A stretch of DNA of 59,955 nt from Candidatus Hydrogenedentota bacterium (GCA_034408725.1 JAWXCN010000012.1:1-59955); one strand, 5' to 3'. Numbered from the stretch's first letter, positions 28,787 through 40,048 are shown. Translations and numbers: made by a program. Notes: generated from the letters alone by a model not told the origin.

Positions 28787-29569
28787 TTACTCGGCTTTCT
28801 TTTCATCCTTCTTGGAACTGGCATCCGGGGTTGCGGGTGTTGCTGGCGCGCCCGCGGCCGGTGCGCCGCCTTCACGTGGCCCTTCGCCGCCGCCACGACG
28901 TCCACCGCCACCGCGCATGGAAGTCGTTTCTTTCCATTTCGTGAGTTGATCGGCGCTGAGCACCTTGCCCATGTCCGCATCAAGCTTTTCGCGCATCGGC
29001 GCCATTTTTTCGCGCATGGATTCTGGGGTCGCGCTACCCGCCGCCATTGCCTCTTCAATCGCCTTGGTTGAATCCGCGATGTATGTCGAGACCGTATTCA
29101 TGGCATCCGCCTTGGCTTTTTCTTCAAGACCCAGACCGTCAAGGACGACTACCATTCCGTCCCAGCGGCGGTTAAACGAGCCGAGGGTTGTCAGGGCTTT
29201 TCCGGTCTGTTCTTCGTTCAGGAATCCTTTGAGCGCGGTTTCCAGCTTTGTTCGTTCCGCAACGCCAACTTCGCGGAATGCGCCTGGATCGCGGCGTTCT
29301 CCCGAACTCATGCGTTCGCGAATTGCGGCGCCGTGGCTGGTGCGGGCCGCCTTGTAGGCTTCCGCCAATTTTTTCGTTTGTTCTTCATTGAGCGTGAGTT
29401 GTTTGGCGACGCCAGCGGCCTGTGCGTCCCACGCTTTTGCAAGCGCCTCTTCGCTTATCTGAGGTCCGCCTCCGGGACCACCGCCAGGGCCGCCCGGACC
29501 CTGTGCCATAGCAGACATACAGAAAATTGCGGCGACGGTAAGCGCGCCAATGCCCTTTGCCAAACGCAT
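28787..29569 (-). CDS. Secreted helical hypothetical protein (Spy/CpxP-like repeats)
   Basis: Signal peptide, Gly/Pro-rich linker, repeated LNEEQ/LSADQ motifs. Confidence 0.6.
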   Translation of the reverse strand: MRLAKGIGALTVAAIFCMSAMAQGPGGPGGGPGGGPQISEEALAKAWDAQAAGVAKQLTLNEEQTKKLAEAYKAARTSHGAAIRERMSSGERRDPGAFREVGVAERTKLETALKGFLNEEQTGKALTTLGSFNRRWDGMVVVLDGLGLEEKAKADAMNTVSTYIADSTKAIEEAMAAGSATPESMREKMAPMREKLDADMGKVLSADQLTKWKETTSMRGGGGRRGGGEGPREGGAPAAGAPATPATPDASSKKDEKKAE

Positions 29570-29730
29570 GACTTTTCTCCCATTTGTGAATGCCATAATT
29601 GCCTACGAGCCCCAGGAATCCCGCTCCCCGGGGATCGAATTGCACCGACGAAGAAGAGGATCGCGTGGTGTGCGCCCTGCACACCCGCCGATTCTACGGT
29701 AAGGAAACACCGGGTCAGGGCATTTGTTCC

Positions 29731-31455
29731 CTAGCGACGGATGAACGCCGCGTGCCCCTGAAATTCGATGGTCTGGTTATCCGACGCGTAGTTTGAGTAG
29801 GTGCCGAAAAGGAAGTTCCCTGCTTTGCGCAAGTTCCAGATGGTATTACCCGAAAAGTCCACACCGTTTTCCCAGACCATAGTGATATGTCCCGTGGTTT
29901 CGGCGGTCCCGGAGATGGCAAATTGCCTGCGAATGGTTTCCCCGCCCAGGCGGACGCCCCCGCTGCCAAGTATGGCGCCGTCCTCTTCCTGATCTGTGAT
30001 GGTGATGGCGGCAAGCTGGCTGGCGCGGTTTTCAGTGCCGTTGGTGGTAGAGGTATCGGTAAAGCCGGCCGTGTACGTCCCGGGGAAATTCCCGGCGCTG
30101 CCGAAGCGCCACTCGGCGTTGCCCCGGCCGAGAAACGCGTCATCGCCGTCGAAGTGGGAGTAAGACCCGACGAGGACGTTGCCAGCCAGGCGCATGTCCC
30201 AGGTGAAGCGGTCTGAACTTCGGACCATGCTCAGCGTCAAGTGATTGCCCACAATCGTGCCGTTTTGGATAGTGTAATTCACAAACGCAGGCTGGGCAGC
30301 CGTTTCATCCAGCACGCGTACAATTCCGCTCAGCGTGTTGCCGCTGACGCTCACGTCATCCATCGCCATCACATAGTCGGCGAGTAAATTGCCCGGTGCG
30401 TTGGAATCGCCAAAAGAGGTAATCCAGTCCCGCACGAAATCGCCAGGCGTGGTGTCCGAACTCTGGTGCCAGGTGGTCGCGCCAAATCGGACAATTTGGT
30501 CTTCCTCGTTAAACTGGCCGTACGCCGCCGAAATTAAGGAGCCAGAGCTGTACCCGAACCAGTCCACGTCGCCGTTGGCGGGCGCGAAGTCTGTAAATCC
30601 GAATCGCACCTGCGTGGATTGAATGGCGCCGTTTGCGACTGTAAATGCAAACTCCTCTGGGTCGCCGTCGGACCGCTGCTCGACATAGGACCCGAGGCCG
30701 GATATAAGGCTGTCGCTGCTTGATAAAGTCATCACACCGGTGCGGTCGCGCCTGCTGAAGGTGTTGCCCGTGCCAAATTTATCGTCGAAGGCGGCAGCCC
30801 AGGAATTATTGAGATTTGCGGTACTGGCCCGGTTCCAAATGGCTTGGCCGGACCGCTGCACAATGAGGTTGCTGTCGCGCTCGGCGTACATGCCGGTTAC
30901 CCGCGTGCCCGAAACGCGCAAATACCAAATGGGGTTGTTCGTGAATACGCCGGCGCCGCCGGAGAGTGTGATGATAGCATCGTCCGCAGTTGCTTCACCG
31001 GAAACCGCTATGGCGTGCGGTTGCGCGTCAAAGGCGACGGAACCGCTGTTGTAGAACCGGAACATTGAGCCGGTTCCACTGAGATTGTCCCCTTCGCGCT
31101 CGATGACAAGCCGCATCGCATACTGACGTCGTCCGGCGCCATTGGGAAGGGCGTCGCCGAAGCTGGTTATCCAAGTGCCGGTGAACCGGGTGTCGCCGTC
31201 CCCATCGCCGTCCCCATCGCCGTCGCCATCTCCATCTCCGTCCCCGTCTCCATCACCATCCCCGTCCCCATCACCATCACCATCTCCGTCCCCATCACCA
31301 TCTCCGTCCCCGGGGGCGGGTGGTGTATTGTCGCCGGCGACGGGTTCGCCCCATTTCAGGCCCACACCATCGAGATCGAGGTCGCAACTGGAAATGAGTG
31401 TGGTGAAAGCGGACAGGACAAATGTCGCCAGGAGAATATGGCATAGTGGGCGCAC
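29731..31455 (-). CDS. Lipoprotein with a (GD)~20 linker and four tandem beta-rich domains
   Basis: GTG start with RBS aaggag, lipobox LISSC, four repeats of about 125 aa. Confidence 0.75.
   Translation of the reverse strand: MRPLCHILLATFVLSAFTTLISSCDLDLDGVGLKWGEPVAGDNTPPAPGDGDGDGDGDGDGDGDGDGDGDGDGDGDGDGDGDGDGDGDTRFTGTWITSFGDALPNGAGRRQYAMRLVIEREGDNLSGTGSMFRFYNSGSVAFDAQPHAIAVSGEATADDAIITLSGGAGVFTNNPIWYLRVSGTRVTGMYAERDSNLIVQRSGQAIWNRASTANLNNSWAAAFDDKFGTGNTFSRRDRTGVMTLSSSDSLISGLGSYVEQRSDGDPEEFAFTVANGAIQSTQVRFGFTDFAPANGDVDWFGYSSGSLISAAYGQFNEEDQIVRFGATTWHQSSDTTPGDFVRDWITSFGDSNAPGNLLADYVMAMDDVSVSGNTLSGIVRVLDETAAQPAFVNYTIQNGTIVGNHLTLSMVRSSDRFTWDMRLAGNVLVGSYSHFDGDDAFLGRGNAEWRFGSAGNFPGTYTAGFTDTSTTNGTENRASQLAAITITDQEEDGAILGSGGVRLGGETIRRQFAISGTAETTGHITMVWENGVDFSGNTIWNLRKAGNFLFGTYSNYASDNQTIEFQGHAAFIRR
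31192..31311 (-). repeat. Coding hexamer tandem repeat encoding about 20 Gly-Asp pairs
   Basis: Degenerate GGNGAY units with synonymous variation. Confidence 0.9.
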
Positions 31456-31674
31456 AGAAAATCTCCTTGAATCGGCCGCTGGGAATGCCCGGCTTGCTGC
31501 TATGTTGAGTATACAGGCCGGGCCCCGGATATAGTAGCGATCTATCGGCGCTTCGTTACACGTTCGGGAATGGGGATTGGTTGACGCGATTGGAGCCGCG
31601 GCGGTGATTTGTATAAAAATGGTTCCAAATCGACGGGCGTGCGTCGAATCGGGAAGGAAAGGAATCCGAGGCAA

Positions 31675-32166
31675 ATGAACGAGAGCGAAAACCTGGCGGT
31701 GGATTTGGACAGCGTTGTACCCTTCGAAGATCTGGATGCCAATGATGAACTGGATCGCTTTTTCATCGATTCTTTTACAATCTCCGAGAAGGAGTTGATT
31801 GAGAAGAAATGGGTACAGGCAGTTCATGATCGCTATTTCGGACTCGGCATTCCCGAATTGGTGGCGGTCTATCTGCTGCGCACGACGCCTGCTCCTCCGG
31901 AGACAGACGAATGGGCGTGGTATGTAATCAGTCCCGCGGGCAACGCCATCCTTCACCGGCAGGCGGGAAACCATCCACTCCATGCTCTGGAAACGTACAT
32001 GGAGATGATGCAGACCCTGGCTGCGTTGGCAGATTCAGACAAGGAATACGCGGTTGGCGAGGAAGAGATGCCGGCTATGGATAAGGAACGCGCCGCACTC
32101 ATACTGGAAACACTGGATGAAATTCGTGAAGTGCTATCGGATGAGGCAAGCGACGAGGAAGAGTAG
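31675..32166 (+). CDS. Acidic hypothetical protein (DUF4826-like)
   Basis: YFGLGIPELVAVYLLR...DEWAWYVISP...HPLHALETY pattern; family call is from memory. Confidence 0.5.
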   Translation: MNESENLAVDLDSVVPFEDLDANDELDRFFIDSFTISEKELIEKKWVQAVHDRYFGLGIPELVAVYLLRTTPAPPETDEWAWYVISPAGNAILHRQAGNHPLHALETYMEMMQTLAALADSDKEYAVGEEEMPAMDKERAALILETLDEIREVLSDEASDEEE

Positions 32167-32179
32167 ACAGTTCCTTGCG

Positions 32180-32959
32180 CTAGTTGGCCATCAGCCGTTC
32201 CGCGTTGCCATGGCAAATAATATTTCGCTGGTCGTCCGTCAGATCGGATTCCCGTAGCTTCAGGATTGCCGAATCAATGTAGAGCATTGGCGCGTGGGAA
32301 CCGAACAGAAGCCGTTCAATGTGCATGTGCTGAAGCTGATTTGCGATGCCGCCGACGCCTTCGAGCATTGCGAAATCGAAGTAGACCTCCCCCGCTCCGA
32401 ATATTTTTGGCAGCACCGGTGCGGGAACGGCGCGGGACGCATTTAACAACACGACGCGTGTACCGGGCGCCTGGGCCAGTGCCTCGGGCAACGGAACAAT
32501 GTCTACCTGCGGTACGCGCATAAGCGGGTGCATCATGCGATCGTCTTCCATGGATGCGACAATTTGAACAAGCATTTTTCTTTCGGCAGCCATCTGCAAC
32601 ACATGAACAAACACGGCGTCCGTAAGCTCGTAACCGTGGTAGTTAGGATGCAATCGGATGCCGCGCATGCCATGATCTTCCACGCACCTTCGCAGGTCCT
32701 CCTCCCAATCCGGCAGTTTCGGATTGACCGATCCAAATGGCAGGAGCACGCCGTCGCCGTGCTTTGCGCAGTCATCGGCAAGGCGCGCATTGGCCGATGC
32801 AAGGTCTTTGTGCAATAAGCCATCAAACGTGCCGGCCCACGCCTGCGTAATTCCGCGTGACCGGAGCAATTTCACCAGCGCGGGGGTATCATCATGCGGT
32901 AGGCGGCGCGTGGGCCAGCGCGCGAGCGTGACGTTGACGTCAATGATTGGCGCGCTCAT
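32180..32959 (-). CDS. Amidohydrolase_2 family TIM-barrel protein
   Basis: IIDVN, GIRLHPNYHGY, RLLFGSHAP, GNAERL. Confidence 0.85.
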   Translation of the reverse strand: MSAPIIDVNVTLARWPTRRLPHDDTPALVKLLRSRGITQAWAGTFDGLLHKDLASANARLADDCAKHGDGVLLPFGSVNPKLPDWEEDLRRCVEDHGMRGIRLHPNYHGYELTDAVFVHVLQMAAERKMLVQIVASMEDDRMMHPLMRVPQVDIVPLPEALAQAPGTRVVLLNASRAVPAPVLPKIFGAGEVYFDFAMLEGVGGIANQLQHMHIERLLFGSHAPMLYIDSAILKLRESDLTDDQRNIICHGNAERLMAN

Positions 32960-33801
32960 GGTTTCAAGCCTTTCGACTTGAGAATTGGCGCGAGAATGCG
33001 CTTGAGATTCTCGCCGAGAATCATGCGTTTGGCATCGGCGGAAACCTGTGCGCCATAAACTTTTGCAAGTTGTGAAGCAAAACTGCGCCCGCCTGCGTCG
33101 CTACCGAACAGCACGCGTTCCGGTCCGAGTTCGCGTACAGCCATTTCCGTAAAACCAGCCGCGGGATCGCCGCCGCCGAGATCGACATAGATATTTTTGT
33201 GCGCGCGAACAGCGCGGATGCCCTGTTCCCAATCGCCGCCCGTATGGCCGCAAACGAACGTCGCGTCCGGGTGCCGCGTGGCGAGCTCCGCCAAGTCCAT
33301 TGGTGTCGATTCGCCCGGCAAGTTGCCGGTGATCTTGATCCAGGTATGTTGAAAGATAGGTGCCTTGAGTTCCGAAGCGCGCGCGACGATAGGGTCGAGT
33401 TCCGGCGCGTTGCAGTGCGCCGCCACCCACAGCTTGATGCCAACCATCGGGCCGTCTGCGACGCAACGTTCCAATTCGTCGAGCGATTCCTGCGTGAACT
33501 TCGGGTTGAGATACACAAACCCAAACGCGCGATGGCGCCAATGGCTCAACGCCTGCAATATTTCGTCATTCTCCTTCCGGAACTTCTCCGGCGAAGGCTC
33601 GTACTCCCACTCCATCCCCATGAATATGACGAGACGCGCAATACCCATGCGATCCGCAAACTCGATCAGCTTCGCCATGCGCTCGTCGGGAGTACGGCCC
33701 GGCACACCGGAGAGGTGTGTGTGCAGATCCCAGATTTCGGTGGTGGGATATAACGAATTGGTTAGGATTGGAACTGTCCCTTCTGGCACTCCAGCCAACA
33801 T
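32956..33801 (-). CDS. Amidohydrolase_2 family metal-dependent hydrolase
   Basis: WDLHTH, VGIKLW, FQHT, GHTGG, VLFGSD; start uncertain. Confidence 0.85.
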   Translation of the reverse strand: MLAGVPEGTVPILTNSLYPTTEIWDLHTHLSGVPGRTPDERMAKLIEFADRMGIARLVIFMGMEWEYEPSPEKFRKENDEILQALSHWRHRAFGFVYLNPKFTQESLDELERCVADGPMVGIKLWVAAHCNAPELDPIVARASELKAPIFQHTWIKITGNLPGESTPMDLAELATRHPDATFVCGHTGGDWEQGIRAVRAHKNIYVDLGGGDPAAGFTEMAVRELGPERVLFGSDAGGRSFASQLAKVYGAQVSADAKRMILGENLKRILAPILKSKGLKP

Positions 33802-33989
33802 TGCATACTCAATAGGGGCAACGGAGTAGGGCGGAAATTACGTATGAAATCGGCTTGTTCATTTGTATTTTTCATCGGACACTTCGACTAGAGGACGAGT
33901 ATCCCTTCTATCAATGGGCGAATTGAATATGACGCATGACCTGCAAAAAACCTGCCGACACTACCACAAACCGTTCGAGCCTACCCCAA

Positions 33990-35327
33990 TTATTTCCCTT
34001 CGGTTACCGGCCGGTTATGCGGCAACTCCGCGCGGAAATCGCCGAGACTGGACCAGTAGAGGCGCTTGTTGAGATCGACTTCCACGACGCAGATGGTTCC
34101 CCATTCTTCCGCGCGTGCGATGACCTCGCCTTCCTGATCGTATATGCCGGTGATCATCCAATCTAGCTCTTTGCCGGAATACGTGCTGCTGACGACGTAT
34201 ACATGGTTTTCGCAGGCGCGCGCAGCGGCGAGCATCGGATTACAGCCTGCGACGGGAAACGCGATGACCTCCGCGCCGTTGTTGCTGAGGCGCCGCGCGA
34301 CTTCAGGAAAAAACCCGTCGTAGCAGATCATCATGCCGACCTTTCCGAAGCGCGTGTCGAACACGGGATATTCCGTGCCGGGTACTATCCCCATATCCAC
34401 TTCGGTGCGCGGCAGCGTAACTTTCCGATATTTGCCCACCAATGCGCCGTCGGGCCCGATCAATGCAGCCGTGTTGTAAACAAGATGTTGGTCGCGCTCG
34501 ACGAGTCCCGCGACAATATAGAGGTCATGCTGCTTCGCGAGTTCGCCGAAGTACGCGGTCGATGGCCCCGGAATCAGCTCGGCGACTTCAGCGTAGGTGA
34601 GGCCGTTGTTTGTGCAGGTCAGCGTTTCCGGAAGGACTACGAGATCGGCTTTCTGTTGCGCGGCCTGCTCAATGAACGGCGCCAATTGCCGGCAATTCTC
34701 TTCCGCGGTTTTTCCGCCGCCGGGTATGAAATGAACTGATGCGAGCCGCGCCAGACGCGGGGCGGGCGCATCGCATTCCGCGAACGAGAACCCGCTCCAC
34801 TCCACGCGGGCATTCTGCGCCCATCGCAGATGCAATTCCACGACCGCCTGCGTTGCGCGGGTTGGCGCGCGATACACGTCCGCCACTTCTGCCCAGCCAT
34901 CAGCATTGGTTTCGCGAGCGGTCGGGTATTCCGGCTCCGCGACCGGCTTCTCACCGCCAAGAAAGGTATCCGCGCCCGAAGTGTCGTGCGTCACGCTATT
35001 GCCCTTCGCGTCGCGCCACATGAATCTTGCTACAACACAGCGGCGGGGTTGCGCAATATTTTTGGCGCGATAGACCGCGCGAAATGCGTAGTGCTTTCCG
35101 CCAATTACGGGGACGGTTGTTACCCAGCGTCCGTCAAGACCTTCACGCGCATCCGTCTCGATGACAAACGTGCCGTTGCTGCCAGGACCACCGGATGCAT
35201 TGTAAGAGAAGGCGGGCCGCAATTCGTCGCGTGGCGATAGCGTACTCCACCCTTCGGGAGCGCCGGTTTCCGCGAATGCTGCAATGCAGGCTGCGGCGAG
35301 GAAAATGGTAAGATATGCGTAACGCAT
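33990..35327 (-). CDS. Secreted carbon-nitrogen hydrolase (nitrilase family) with an N-terminal CBM-like domain
   Basis: Signal peptide; catalytic triad motifs LPE, KYRK, ICYD. Confidence 0.85.
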   Translation of the reverse strand: MRYAYLTIFLAAACIAAFAETGAPEGWSTLSPRDELRPAFSYNASGGPGSNGTFVIETDAREGLDGRWVTTVPVIGGKHYAFRAVYRAKNIAQPRRCVVARFMWRDAKGNSVTHDTSGADTFLGGEKPVAEPEYPTARETNADGWAEVADVYRAPTRATQAVVELHLRWAQNARVEWSGFSFAECDAPAPRLARLASVHFIPGGGKTAEENCRQLAPFIEQAAQQKADLVVLPETLTCTNNGLTYAEVAELIPGPSTAYFGELAKQHDLYIVAGLVERDQHLVYNTAALIGPDGALVGKYRKVTLPRTEVDMGIVPGTEYPVFDTRFGKVGMMICYDGFFPEVARRLSNNGAEVIAFPVAGCNPMLAAARACENHVYVVSSTYSGKELDWMITGIYDQEGEVIARAEEWGTICVVEVDLNKRLYWSSLGDFRAELPHNRPVTEGK

Positions 35328-35344
35328 GGATGTGCCTCGAAACG

Positions 35345-36427
35345 TCAGTTGTGCGGTAGTCCGCGGGTGGATGCAGTGAACAGCGACCGCAGCGCGACAT
35401 CGCTCTTGCACGCCGCGTTGGACACAGCGATAACTCCGCGCACGATGCGCCTCGAAATTTTAACGTCGTCGCCGGAATCGAAAAACGGATTTGCGTGAAT
35501 TCTGCGCAGTGTAAATACGGCCATGCCCAGCGCCCACAGACAGAACCTGCGCATGCCGGGTTCGCTTTTGGGCAGGAGCATCGTATAGGTCAACGCATTT
35601 TCAAGATGGCCGCGCGTGATGCCAAGCATCTCGAACAGCGCGTCGCGGAACGCGGGGTCATTTTTTCGCGTGCCCAGCTCGCGCAGATTGAAGCCGTGCC
35701 GGGCAAACAGCTCATGCGGGAGCCAGCACACATTGCGCTGTTTGTCTTCCCAAATGTCCTTGAGAATGTTCGTCATTTGCAGGCCTTGCCCAAACGAAAC
35801 GGCAAGCGCCAAAAGCTCATTGCGCCGTTGCGCGGCCTCGGAAGAATGAAGACAAAATAACTCGCACAACATTTCGCCCACGACACCGGCGACGTGGTAG
35901 CAATAAGAGTTGAGATGCGCCACGTCGCGCAGTCCGTGGGTAAACCGGCCTTCCTGAAAATCTTCCATGCCGCCCGCCATGATGCGAATGCAACGTGAAA
36001 GCGCCGCGCGCTCGTCCGGGTGAAAACTATGCGTCAATCGAATGACGGCAGCGGCGTTTCGCACGAGATCGCGTTCGGAATCGAGGCTGCCCTGCGTGAG
36101 AGCATCGCCCAGTTGTTCGCCAAATTCGGCGGTGGGCCGCTCGCCTTCGACTATCGTGACGAACGCATCGCCAAACTGGCACTTTTGCTCGATCGTCAAG
36201 GCGGGGGAATCTTCTATCGTGTCGGCGATCCGGCAAAGCAGGTAGGCATTGCCCACCACCATGCGCAACCGTTCCGGCAATTGAGGAATGGTGAGCGCAA
36301 AGGTGCGGGACACGTCACGGAGGATCGCCTCCTGATAGGCGAGATCGTCCGCGAGCGACGCCGTGTTGATCGTACTGGTGGGCGCGGCGCCGAATTTCGG
36401 TTGCATTGTCGAGGGTTGAAAGTGCAT
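35345..36427 (-). CDS. Squalene/phytoene synthase family protein (squalene synthase-like)
   Basis: [43 protein letters not shown]; start uncertain. Confidence 0.88.
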   Translation of the reverse strand: MHFQPSTMQPKFGAAPTSTINTASLADDLAYQEAILRDVSRTFALTIPQLPERLRMVVGNAYLLCRIADTIEDSPALTIEQKCQFGDAFVTIVEGERPTAEFGEQLGDALTQGSLDSERDLVRNAAAVIRLTHSFHPDERAALSRCIRIMAGGMEDFQEGRFTHGLRDVAHLNSYCYHVAGVVGEMLCELFCLHSSEAAQRRNELLALAVSFGQGLQMTNILKDIWEDKQRNVCWLPHELFARHGFNLRELGTRKNDPAFRDALFEMLGITRGHLENALTYTMLLPKSEPGMRRFCLWALGMAVFTLRRIHANPFFDSGDDVKISRRIVRGVIAVSNAACKSDVALRSLFTASTRGLPHN

Positions 36428-36491
36428 GCCTTGGTCCGTCGTAGGAGTGTATAAAGAATACCCCTTTCCCTTGCCGACTCCCAAACGCCTC

Positions 36492-36657
36492 GGAGTGTGG
36501 TAGCGGGTAGCTGCCGCTTTTCATTTCCTGGGCAAGGTCGCTTCGCAATCAAGCGCGATTGCGCTGGCTTCTATTCGTGTGTCCCTGAAGGCTTCAAGTT
36601 TACTTGTGGATTTCGAGTACCCAGAAGTGAAAGCGGCGCTGACACGCCGCACTCCAA
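36492..36657. repeat. REP doublet of the GGAGTGYGG...GCCGCTTT type
   Basis: ggagtgtggtagcgggtagctgccgctttt (36492-36521) and inverted aaagcggcgctgacacgccgcactccaa (36630-36657). Confidence 0.7.
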
Positions 36658-36659
36658 GG

Positions 36660-39600
36660 CTATTTGATTAACAATTCCCGCGTTGGCGGCGCTGTCGCGG
36701 GTAACCAGGTGACGTAGTGGTTGCCGGTTTGGCCCGCGCTGGAGAGATCGACGACGCGCACGGCGCTGCCATCGGCCGCGGTGAGTGATCCCAGTATCCA
36801 GGGTCGAATTGCCGGGTCATTGATGGGTTCGATTGCGAAAGTCACCGTTTCCGGATCGAACTTCGGGAGTTCGCCGGGGTTAAAGTCGTTGTATCGCGCG
36901 TCATACGCGTACAGAATCGGACCGCGATAGAACGATACCGTGTTTGCGAACGATTCTGCACCTGCCCAAAAATGCGGCCTGAAATCGAACTGCAATTCAA
37001 TGCGATCACCGCTTTTCCATTCCCGCGTGATGCCTGTATAAGTGCCGGGATTATACATATGGTTTCCAGGTCCGTCATTAACTATGGCACCGAATCGTTC
37101 CGACCATTTCGGAATCCGAATGTAAATGGGAAACGTTTCCGGTTTGTCGAGCGTCAGTTTCATCACGACCTTCGAATTGCGCGGATAGTCCGTTATTTGT
37201 TGAATCTGAACTTTGTTCCCGGACTTTAATTTCGTTTTCATCGTGGAAAGCCCGAAAAAATTCACGGCAAGTCCACCATCCTTTTGCATCAATGCCCACT
37301 GCGAAATCATGCCGAGGGGCCGGTTCGCGTTTACGGAGCAACAGTTCAGGTCTGGTCCGCCTTTCGGCGCCTGCCAATGTAACTCAACGCCGAACAATCG
37401 CGTGCCATTCATCGGCACGTTGTACGCGCATGACCGCCCGCCGTGGGGAATCGCGCCGAGCGCGCTGTTGAACGTGCTCAGTTCAATTTCATCTGCGACC
37501 TGCGAATCGCCGGTTAGTCGCAGCATATCAATCGACATCGCCAGCCACGCGACAGTGCAACAGGTTTCGATTGCGCCTGTGTTGAATGGCGAGCCGGTGA
37601 AGCCTTCGCCGGAGGTGAGGCCACCGGTGTTATGCCGGTCGCCGCGCACCGCGCTCCACCACATGTGCTCGAACGCTTTTTTGTACTGCTCGTCACCGGT
37701 GAGCCAGTAGAGTTCGGGAAGCGCCTGCCAATCGTGGATCGCCTCCCAGCGGTGTTGCGGAAATTCGATAATCGGTTTCCCCGCAAGCGCGGCGACGAGG
37801 TAGCCGCCCGCGCCCGGTTCGTTCCACGCTTCATGCACGATATAGTTCGCGAGATCGAGATACCGCGCGATACCCGTTTGCTTGTATAGCAACACGAGCG
37901 CGTGGCACACCGCCATGTTCATTTGTCCGCCGCCGCCGTCGTTGGTGAGTGTCGGTCCGCCCGGGCCGAACGTTTCAAACAGCAAGTCCGCAGCTTTCTT
38001 GCACGTTTCCCATGCAGGCGCGTATTGCGTGTCTTCGTAATAAAACATCAACCCGAGCATGCAATGGTAATGCCCCCAAACGTCCCAATTGCCGCCGGTA
38101 ATGCGCGACGATTTCGGAAACGGCCCGAGATAGCCGTCTTCCTGCTGGCACGCGATAAGGTCCTTTACGAATTGATCGATGGTAGATTTCAATTCTTCGT
38201 CACGCGTGAGCCGCCACGTAAGCTGCGCGGCGGTGAGATATTTTCCCGCGAACTCGCCCGCCCACGGCACGAGGGGATCGCGCAGGGGCGTTTTGTCACG
38301 GTCGCGCAGGACTTGCAGAATCGCGGGACTCGTCACCGGCGTGCTGATGAGATATTCGTTGATGGCGTTGTCGATGCGCATGCGGAGGTAGCCGCCGATT
38401 TCGTACTCGGTCTGCGCAGTCTCCAACACAGGGCGTTTCTTCGGCGTATACGGATGCGCGTGTATCTCGGCGGGGTCCCAATCATAAAACGAGAGAGCTC
38501 GTATTTCAGCAGCCGACGTCTTTCCCGCATCGGATTCGGCAACAACCGTCCAATACAAAGGGCGATCTTTTGATTGGCCAATACCGGATGAAGCCTCGTC
38601 AAGGTAGATGCCGTTAATATTTTTATCGCCGTTCTCTGCTGGAGTTGCGCCCGGATCGACGAAGATCGAGGTGCCCGCCGCCGATGTCGATGCGATGATA
38701 TTTTTACCTTGCGCGTCGGTCGAGAGTTGCACGACGTAAGTATCCGCGCCGGCGGAAGGCGACCAGGAGAGTTCGACGGGTTTTCTCTTGCGCCATTCAA
38801 CTCCATCGGCGGGCGTCAGTAACGTGAACTGCGCGGGCGGGGGCGCGGGTTCGCCACGCACATGCGCGACAGTCACGGGCGCGAACGCCTGCACTTCCGC
38901 CATGCTTCCCGATTCAGCTTTCAACCACGAATCGGAACGCGCGTCTGTCGCGATGCGCACTTCGTCAATCGTGCCGTGAAACTGCCACGGTTCGAAATGC
39001 AACAGGCCGCGGCCAATGCGAAGCTCGTCGATATTCAAGGGGCCGGGCAATGACGCGTCGCGTTCAAATAGCGTTCCATCGATGCAAAGCGCGCGAGAAT
39101 TTGTTTTCCCGTCGTAGCGGACAACCGCCGTGTGCCATTCGTCAAGCGCGATACCTGCGAGGTTCAATTCCGGCGCCTGCTTGCCGCCGCTGGTGGCGTT
39201 GGTGTGTACTGTCGACGGCGTCTTAAGTCCAAAGTTGAACCATTCGTCGGGACCGTCGGTTTTGCGGCCAGAAGCGAGTGTCTGGAGTCCGGGTGATTCC
39301 AGCGCGCGAAACCGAATCGTGAGCGTAATCTGCTCGCCGATGTCCTGGAGGGATGCTGGATCGACGTTCAAAAAACCAGGCTGCTCAGAAAAGACCGCGC
39401 CGAAATCTTTGAGTTCAACGGCGCCCTCCGCGGTGACCACTGCGCTATTGCCCGAAACGTCGCGCACGTCGTTGCGCAGATGCAGCACCGCGCAATAAGA
39501 TTCCTCCCAAACGTCCGCGACGGGCGGGGCGTTGGCTTCGGGATTGCCGTAGTAGAGATAGAGACGTTGGCCAGGCGTGTTCGCCTTGATCATGGGCACT

Positions 39601-39878
39601 CGCGCGTACAGTTCAATACCGCCATCGCCCCACACGACGTTTTCGTGGTCGCACACGTTTCCTGCCGCGTCAAGCACGCGCGCATCCGAGCCGTCGGGCT
39701 TTGCGCGATCAAGTTTCGCGTCTGCAACCGGAATACGAATACAGACAGGGAAGCCCGCGAGGTCTTCGTTGATCAGGCTGGAATTGATATCGATTCGATG
39801 GCGAACCTGCCATTCCTCGTTCCACCACTCATCGGCGTGTGCGGCGAAGGCGATCAGAATTAAACAAATATAACGCAC
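36660..39878 (-). CDS. Multidomain glycosidase: DUF2341-like, LamG and GH127/GH146 beta-L-arabinofuranosidase-like domains
   Basis: WWNEEW..LYLYYGNP (DUF2341); FHGTIDEVRI (LamG); TGGLTSGE, ETCC and CCSVN (GH127-type Cys motifs); GTG with RBS ggag. Confidence 0.8.
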   Translation of the reverse strand: MRYICLILIAFAAHADEWWNEEWQVRHRIDINSSLINEDLAGFPVCIRIPVADAKLDRAKPDGSDARVLDAAGNVCDHENVVWGDGGIELYARVPMIKANTPGQRLYLYYGNPEANAPPVADVWEESYCAVLHLRNDVRDVSGNSAVVTAEGAVELKDFGAVFSEQPGFLNVDPASLQDIGEQITLTIRFRALESPGLQTLASGRKTDGPDEWFNFGLKTPSTVHTNATSGGKQAPELNLAGIALDEWHTAVVRYDGKTNSRALCIDGTLFERDASLPGPLNIDELRIGRGLLHFEPWQFHGTIDEVRIATDARSDSWLKAESGSMAEVQAFAPVTVAHVRGEPAPPPAQFTLLTPADGVEWRKRKPVELSWSPSAGADTYVVQLSTDAQGKNIIASTSAAGTSIFVDPGATPAENGDKNINGIYLDEASSGIGQSKDRPLYWTVVAESDAGKTSAAEIRALSFYDWDPAEIHAHPYTPKKRPVLETAQTEYEIGGYLRMRIDNAINEYLISTPVTSPAILQVLRDRDKTPLRDPLVPWAGEFAGKYLTAAQLTWRLTRDEELKSTIDQFVKDLIACQQEDGYLGPFPKSSRITGGNWDVWGHYHCMLGLMFYYEDTQYAPAWETCKKAADLLFETFGPGGPTLTNDGGGGQMNMAVCHALVLLYKQTGIARYLDLANYIVHEAWNEPGAGGYLVAALAGKPIIEFPQHRWEAIHDWQALPELYWLTGDEQYKKAFEHMWWSAVRGDRHNTGGLTSGEGFTGSPFNTGAIETCCTVAWLAMSIDMLRLTGDSQVADEIELSTFNSALGAIPHGGRSCAYNVPMNGTRLFGVELHWQAPKGGPDLNCCSVNANRPLGMISQWALMQKDGGLAVNFFGLSTMKTKLKSGNKVQIQQITDYPRNSKVVMKLTLDKPETFPIYIRIPKWSERFGAIVNDGPGNHMYNPGTYTGITREWKSGDRIELQFDFRPHFWAGAESFANTVSFYRGPILYAYDARYNDFNPGELPKFDPETVTFAIEPINDPAIRPWILGSLTAADGSAVRVVDLSSAGQTGNHYVTWLPATAPPTRELLIK

Positions 39879-39899
39879 CGAATATCTCCCCGATGTGTC

Positions 39900-40048
39900 C
39901 ACAGATTACACAGATGAACACAGATTCAAGAAAATTCACTTGGAAAATCAAGAAGAAAACCGGTCCAGAAACAAACTTATTTCTGAAACAAATGGCTCAC
40001 ATCAATTCTGAGCTCATTCTTTTCTGTGAGAATCTGTGCAATCTGAGG
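39900..40048. repeat. REP-like doublet of 8-9 nt CACAGAT tandem units
   Basis: cacagattacacagatgaacacagatt and inverted tctgtgagaatctgtgcaatctgagg around an AT-rich spacer. Confidence 0.7.

Noticed and set aside
31456-31983. N-terminal extension of the 750-aa ORF
   Set aside because: It overlaps a plausible plus-strand gene; the RBS, GTG and lipobox place the real start at 31455
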